64,000 nt of DNA from Candidatus Uhrbacteria bacterium GW2011_GWE2_46_68 (GTDB lineage Bacteria; Patescibacteriota; Patescibacteriia; UBA9934; GWF2-40-263): NCBI GenBank assembly GCA_001002765.1, contig LCMS01000005.1:2562-66561 (forward strand). Reading direction: 5' to 3'. Both the position numbers and the translations under genes were made by a program. The notes under the pieces were generated by a model that saw only the letters and a program-made list of their open reading frames with translations, was not told the origin of the DNA and did no database searches. Shown in pieces: positions 59,842 through 64,000 of the stretch. How positions within the stretch are numbered: position 1 is the first letter of the stretch; each line of letters opens with the position of its first letter.

Positions 59842-60897
59842 ATGCAAGAAACATTCACACAACTCATTGAACAATGCAAAGACGCGCTCAAAGCGGTGAG
59901 AGATCGGGCGGCATTGGAAGCGGTCGAGATAAAATTTTTAGGTCGTAAGGGTGAACTAGCTTCTCTTATGAAGCAACTTGCAACTCTTTCGGACGAAGAA
60001 AAGAAAATCGCCGGCAAAGTCGCCAATGAGACAAAAGAAAAAATAGAGCAGATGATCGCAAAGGCAAAAGAGAAAATCGCGCGTGAAGAAGAAAAGACGC
60101 GTGCCGATCGGGAATGGGTCGATGTGACCGCTCCGGGAGTGTTTCCCAATGAAGGGCATCTTCATCCTATAAGCCAAGCGATTCAGGAGATCACCGATGT
60201 GTTTGCACAAATCGGTTTTGTTTCCGTGCGCGCGCCCGAGATTGATTGGGACTGGTATGTGTTCGAGTCTCTCAATATGCCACCCGATCATCCTGCCCGC
60301 GATGATTGGGAAACGTTTTTTATCGCAGAGACCAAAGGACAAAAGGCGCGTGGAGAAAAAGGACGTTTAGTGCTGACTCCGCATACATCCAATGCCCAAG
60401 TGCGCGAAATGGAAAAAGGGAAGTTACCGATCCGCATGATCAATATCAATCGTACATATCGCCGACAATCCGATCCTTCCCATACTCCCATGTTCCATCA
60501 GTTTGAGGGATTGGTGATTGATGAAGGGATCACGATCGCGCATCTTAAAGGCGTGCTCGATTATTTTGCAAAATCTTTTTTTGGACCCGATCGTCAGATT
60601 CGTTTGCGTCCACATCATTTTCGATTCACCGAGCCGAGTTTTGAAGTGGATATTTCTTGCGGGGCGTGTGGAGGGAAAGGAGCGTGCCGCATCTGTAAAG
60701 CTGGGTGGTTGGAGCTTGGAGGAGCAGGGATGGTACACCCCAATGTGCTCAAGGCCGGGGGATTAGATCCGGAAAAAGTGTCCGGCTTTGCGTTTGGATG
60801 GGGAGTGGAGCGGACCTTGGTTATGAAAGAGGGAACAAAGATCGATGACATCCGCATTTTGTACAAGAACGACTTACGATTTATCAAACAGTTCTAA
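59842..60897 (+). CDS. pheS: Phenylalanine--tRNA ligase alpha subunit
   Basis: HPARD, HTPMFHQFEG, FRFTEPS, GFAFGWGVER. Confidence 0.98.
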   Translation: MQETFTQLIEQCKDALKAVRDRAALEAVEIKFLGRKGELASLMKQLATLSDEEKKIAGKVANETKEKIEQMIAKAKEKIAREEEKTRADREWVDVTAPGVFPNEGHLHPISQAIQEITDVFAQIGFVSVRAPEIDWDWYVFESLNMPPDHPARDDWETFFIAETKGQKARGEKGRLVLTPHTSNAQVREMEKGKLPIRMININRTYRRQSDPSHTPMFHQFEGLVIDEGITIAHLKGVLDYFAKSFFGPDRQIRLRPHHFRFTEPSFEVDISCGACGGKGACRICKAGWLELGGAGMVHPNVLKAGGLDPEKVSGFAFGWGVERTLVMKEGTKIDDIRILYKNDLRFIKQF

Positions 60898-60935
60898 TAT
60901 CGATGAGAGGATTTTAGATACCATACTGTATTTTT

Positions 60936-62252
60936 ATGTCTCTTTTTCGACCAAGTTTAGAATCCTCTCCGTCTGCCACCCCTGCAGAAGCAGGGGCCCA
61001 GCGCACTTCAGCAAATCTCCACGAAGCCATCATGGATTCGGTTTCAAGTGTCCGTGATTCTTTGCCTGAACAATATCGCGTACATTTTGAAACTTTGCGA
61101 CAAGAGATTATTGATTTTACAAAAGCTCACGGGATTTCCAAAGACGCACTTTCCAATCCCAGCCTCCTTCGCGAGGTGACCTGTAAACTCTCCACTTCAG
61201 ACCTTGAACGACTCGCTCTCCTTCTTGAACGCTTTGAATATCTACTTAAGAATGGGGAACCGAAAAAAGAAGACTATACCGAAACCCTTGAGTATGCCGA
61301 AGAGTTTTATCATCTTCGTGAGCAATACACTTCTCAATTCAACCTTCTTAAAGAAGCGGGAATACTTAAAGAAGGAGTCATCCTAGGTATAGACGGTAAC
61401 ACCTATCCCATTCCCACCTTGGAACAAATCGCTTCTCGTCTCTTTGAACGCCGTGAGACTCTCGAGACTAAACACGACCAAGGCTTTACCAAACTTCTTC
61501 TTGTTCCCTTTGGCATGAGCCTTGATACTCTCCGAAAAACCCTCAAACAATTCCTTCTCAAGTACAAAAAAGATAATCCCTCCTTTGATCTCGATACCGA
61601 TGATCCTGTCTATGCATGGTCAAGCTATCAAGGAGCAGACATTGGGGATTCTCCAAACCTTGTTTATCACCCCAAGTCTTTTGACAAGGATGGACATGGA
61701 GGAAAGACAAAGACGCAGATACTCAAAGAACAAATAGAAGGACGATGGACCCCTGCCTTTGCAGGGGTGGCAGGAGGGAAGGGATTGGGAACCCCAGGTT
61801 GGACGGTTCACCTTCTCCAGCCTTCTGATCCTTCCAATTCACATTCCCTGGGCTTTGCTTCCATTCCCCGTGAAGGCCAAGGAACATCTCAAGGAGACGA
61901 GAACCCCCGCCCACCTTTTGAGGCAGGTAAAACCCCCAATGAATATCTTTCCATTCTTCAAAATGCTCAAAGCGATAAAGACTCTCCCTATCATGGTGAA
62001 ACAGGCATGACTCCCGAAGATTGGATCACAGCTTTTATGATTCATCTTTCGGAAACAGGAAAACCTCTTGATGATGTATGGAACCCCACAAACAAAGAAA
62101 GCATCTCTTACCTCACAGGAGCTTTTTTTCAATCCTGCATCGATGTGCCTTGCGTGTCTTGGCGCCGTGGTTCTCGTCTGGCTGACCTCTACGGGTCTGG
62201 TCCTCATGCTCGGGGTGAGAACTTTGGTTTGCTGTCTTCGGTGGTGGTTTAA
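60936..62252 (+). CDS. DGR target-family paralog
   Basis: Colinear with 62265-63599; VR-like region 62135-62190; alternative start 61032. Confidence 0.9.
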   Translation: MSLFRPSLESSPSATPAEAGAQRTSANLHEAIMDSVSSVRDSLPEQYRVHFETLRQEIIDFTKAHGISKDALSNPSLLREVTCKLSTSDLERLALLLERFEYLLKNGEPKKEDYTETLEYAEEFYHLREQYTSQFNLLKEAGILKEGVILGIDGNTYPIPTLEQIASRLFERRETLETKHDQGFTKLLLVPFGMSLDTLRKTLKQFLLKYKKDNPSFDLDTDDPVYAWSSYQGADIGDSPNLVYHPKSFDKDGHGGKTKTQILKEQIEGRWTPAFAGVAGGKGLGTPGWTVHLLQPSDPSNSHSLGFASIPREGQGTSQGDENPRPPFEAGKTPNEYLSILQNAQSDKDSPYHGETGMTPEDWITAFMIHLSETGKPLDDVWNPTNKESISYLTGAFFQSCIDVPCVSWRRGSRLADLYGSGPHARGENFGLLSSVVV

Positions 62253-62264
62253 CCTTTGATGTCT

Positions 62265-63599
62265 ATGTCTCTTTTTCGACCAAGTTTAGAATCCTCTCCG
62301 TCTGCCACCCCTGCAGAAGCAGGGGCCCAGCGCACTTCAGCAAATCTCCACGAAGCCATGATGGATTCGGTTTCAAGCGTTCGTGATTCTTTGCCTGAAC
62401 AATATCACGCACACTTTGAAACTCTGCGACAAGAGATTATTGATTTCACAAAAGTTCATGGGATTCCAAAAGAATCCCTTACCAAGCCCGACCTTCTGCG
62501 CGAGGTGACCTGCAAACTCTCCACTTCAGACCTTGAACGACTCGCCATTCTTCTCGAACGCTTTGAATATCTGCTTAAGAATGGGGAACCAAAGAAAGAA
62601 GAGATAGACCCTGCCAAAGCCATTGAGTATGTAGAGGAGCATTATCATCTTCGTAAACAATACGATTTTCAAGTAGAGCTTCTTGAGGAAGTAGGCATCC
62701 TCAAAGAAGGAGCGATCACGGGTATAAATGGTCATGATTATCCCGTTCCAACCCTCGAACAAATTGCCGTCCGTCTCTTTGAACGCCGCGAAGAACTTTC
62801 CACTAAACACGACCAAGGCTTTACCAAACTCCTCCTTGTTCCCTTTGGTATGAGCCTTGATACTCTCCAAGAAACCATCAAACAATTCCTTCTTAAGTAC
62901 AAGAAGGATCACCCATCTTTTGATCTCAATACCGATAACCCCCTCTGGGCATGGTCAAGCTATCAAGGAGCAGACACGGGGGATTCTCCAAACCTTGTCT
63001 ATTATCCACAGTCTTTTGATGAAAAGGATCATCAAGGAAAGACCAAGATGGAGATACTCAAAGAACAAACAGAAGGACGATGGACCCCTGCCTTTGCAGG
63101 GGTGGCAGGAGGGAAGGGATTGGGAACCCCAGGTTGGACCATTCATCTTCTCCAACCATCAAACCCGAACGAACAAGACATTGAAACTCCAAAAGGCTTT
63201 GCTCCCATTCCCCGACAAGGTAAAGGAAAACCACATCCCTCCCTTCGCGAAGGGAGGGACCGCCCTCCTCTTGAAGCAGGACAATCTTCCAATGAATATC
63301 TTTCCATTCTTCAAAAAGCTCAAGGTGATAAAGACTCTCCCTATTATGGTGAAACAGGCATGACTCCTGAAGACTGGATCATAGCCTTTATGATTCATCT
63401 TTCTGAAACAGGGAAGCCATTAGACAACTATGCAGATGGCACAGAAAGCATCCCCTACTTCACAGGATCTTTTTTCTCTTCCTCCACCTTTGTGCCTTTC
63501 GCGTATTGGCGCCGTGGCGATCGGCGGGTTTACTTCGGCGGGAGTGATCCTCGTGGTCGGGATGTGAACATTGGGGTGCGGTCTTCGGTGGTGGTTTAG
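62265..63599 (+). CDS. DGR target (variable) protein with C-terminal VR, probably C-type lectin-like fold
   Basis: 3' end matches the TR except at adenines; C-terminal VP.AYW..GVRSSVVV; fold is inferred from known DGR targets. Confidence 0.92.
   Translation: MSLFRPSLESSPSATPAEAGAQRTSANLHEAMMDSVSSVRDSLPEQYHAHFETLRQEIIDFTKVHGIPKESLTKPDLLREVTCKLSTSDLERLAILLERFEYLLKNGEPKKEEIDPAKAIEYVEEHYHLRKQYDFQVELLEEVGILKEGAITGINGHDYPVPTLEQIAVRLFERREELSTKHDQGFTKLLLVPFGMSLDTLQETIKQFLLKYKKDHPSFDLNTDNPLWAWSSYQGADTGDSPNLVYYPQSFDEKDHQGKTKMEILKEQTEGRWTPAFAGVAGGKGLGTPGWTIHLLQPSNPNEQDIETPKGFAPIPRQGKGKPHPSLREGRDRPPLEAGQSSNEYLSILQKAQGDKDSPYYGETGMTPEDWIIAFMIHLSETGKPLDNYADGTESIPYFTGSFFSSSTFVPFAYWRRGDRRVYFGGSDPRGRDVNIGVRSSVVV
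63482..63599 (+). repeat. DGR variable repeat (VR) and probable IMH at the gene's 3' end
   Basis: 63482-63537 aligns ungapped to 63945-64000; the tail GTCTTCGGTGGTGGTTTA is shared with two other paralogs. Confidence 0.88.
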
Positions 63600-63751
63600 T
63601 CCTTGTCCTTTAATCTTTGTCCTTTTTTTATTCTTTATCTTTATCCTTCATCGTATAGTGTCTGGCTGTCATATGTGTGATGACTGATCACACATCAGGA
63701 AAAGATTTTTATCAGCGAATAGTCACCCGATTCAAGTCGGGCTGCCGAGCA

Positions 63752-63820
63752 ATACCAACCATCTTTCCCGCCTAAGGCGACGACGACGCAGCGTCGTCGT
63801 CGCGGCGCGATGGTTGGTAT
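63752..63820. other. Nested hairpin between VR and TR (candidate DGR cis-element)
   Basis: Outer 12-bp ATACCAACCATC/GATGGTTGGTAT; inner 13-bp GCGACGACGACGC-a-GCGTCGTCGTCGC. Confidence 0.8.
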
Positions 63821-63944
63821 GAAGCTTCAAGAACCACCACGAATCAAAAACGTCTCCCCAAAGCGAATGGGTAAACGTGTCTATGGACACATATTGTAAG
63901 GTTGCGACTTTACAAGACTACGGAAAGACGTTTTTGAAACAATT

Positions 63945-64000
63945 CTCCACCAATGTGCCTTACGCGTATTGGAACCGTGACAATCGGCAGGTTAACTTCA
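63945..64000 (+). mobile_element. DGR template repeat (TR), truncated by the window end
   Basis: 42/42 non-A positions identical to the VR, 10/14 adenines substituted in the VR; AAC/AAT-rich in the VR frame. Confidence 0.92.

Noticed and set aside
63945-64000. TR interpreted as the remnant of a sixth paralog
   Set aside because: Upstream DNA has no similarity to the gene body, and all mismatches to the VR are at adenines, which ordinary divergence would not produce.
1-64000. Reverse transcriptase, Avd, integrase, transposase or phage structural genes
   Set aside because: No ORF shows recognisable motifs for these; the DGR RT is only predicted to lie outside the window.

Overview
Chromosomal window of a reduced-genome bacterium, most likely CPR/Patescibacteria: rpmD (L30) is missing from the spc cluster, core genes mostly lack Shine-Dalgarno (SD) motifs, and TGA is used as a stop (code 11). 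1-19.8 kb holds the str/S10/spc ribosomal clusters, secY-adk-map, ruvX and recO. The rest is housekeeping (asnS, aspS, scpAB, gpmI, xth, recG, radA, clpC, htpX, lemA, a phosphomannomutase, tyrS, rseP, pheS, three tRNAs) with accessory genes in between. The main result is a diversity-generating retroelement (DGR). The last 56 nt (63945-64000) match the 3' end of gene 62265-63599 at all 42 non-A positions and differ at 10 of 14 adenines, which is a template repeat/variable repeat (TR/VR) pair. The reverse transcriptase is not in the window. Four more paralogs of the target gene are dispersed here (one frameshifted), are mosaic, and carry REP-like palindromes. A second system is a minus-strand operon (DUF1257-like, DUF2997-like, radical SAM, AAA+ ATPase, two WD40 proteins) punctuated by a thrice-repeated structured element followed by boxA-like motifs. 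All alignments were done by eye; no database searches were run.
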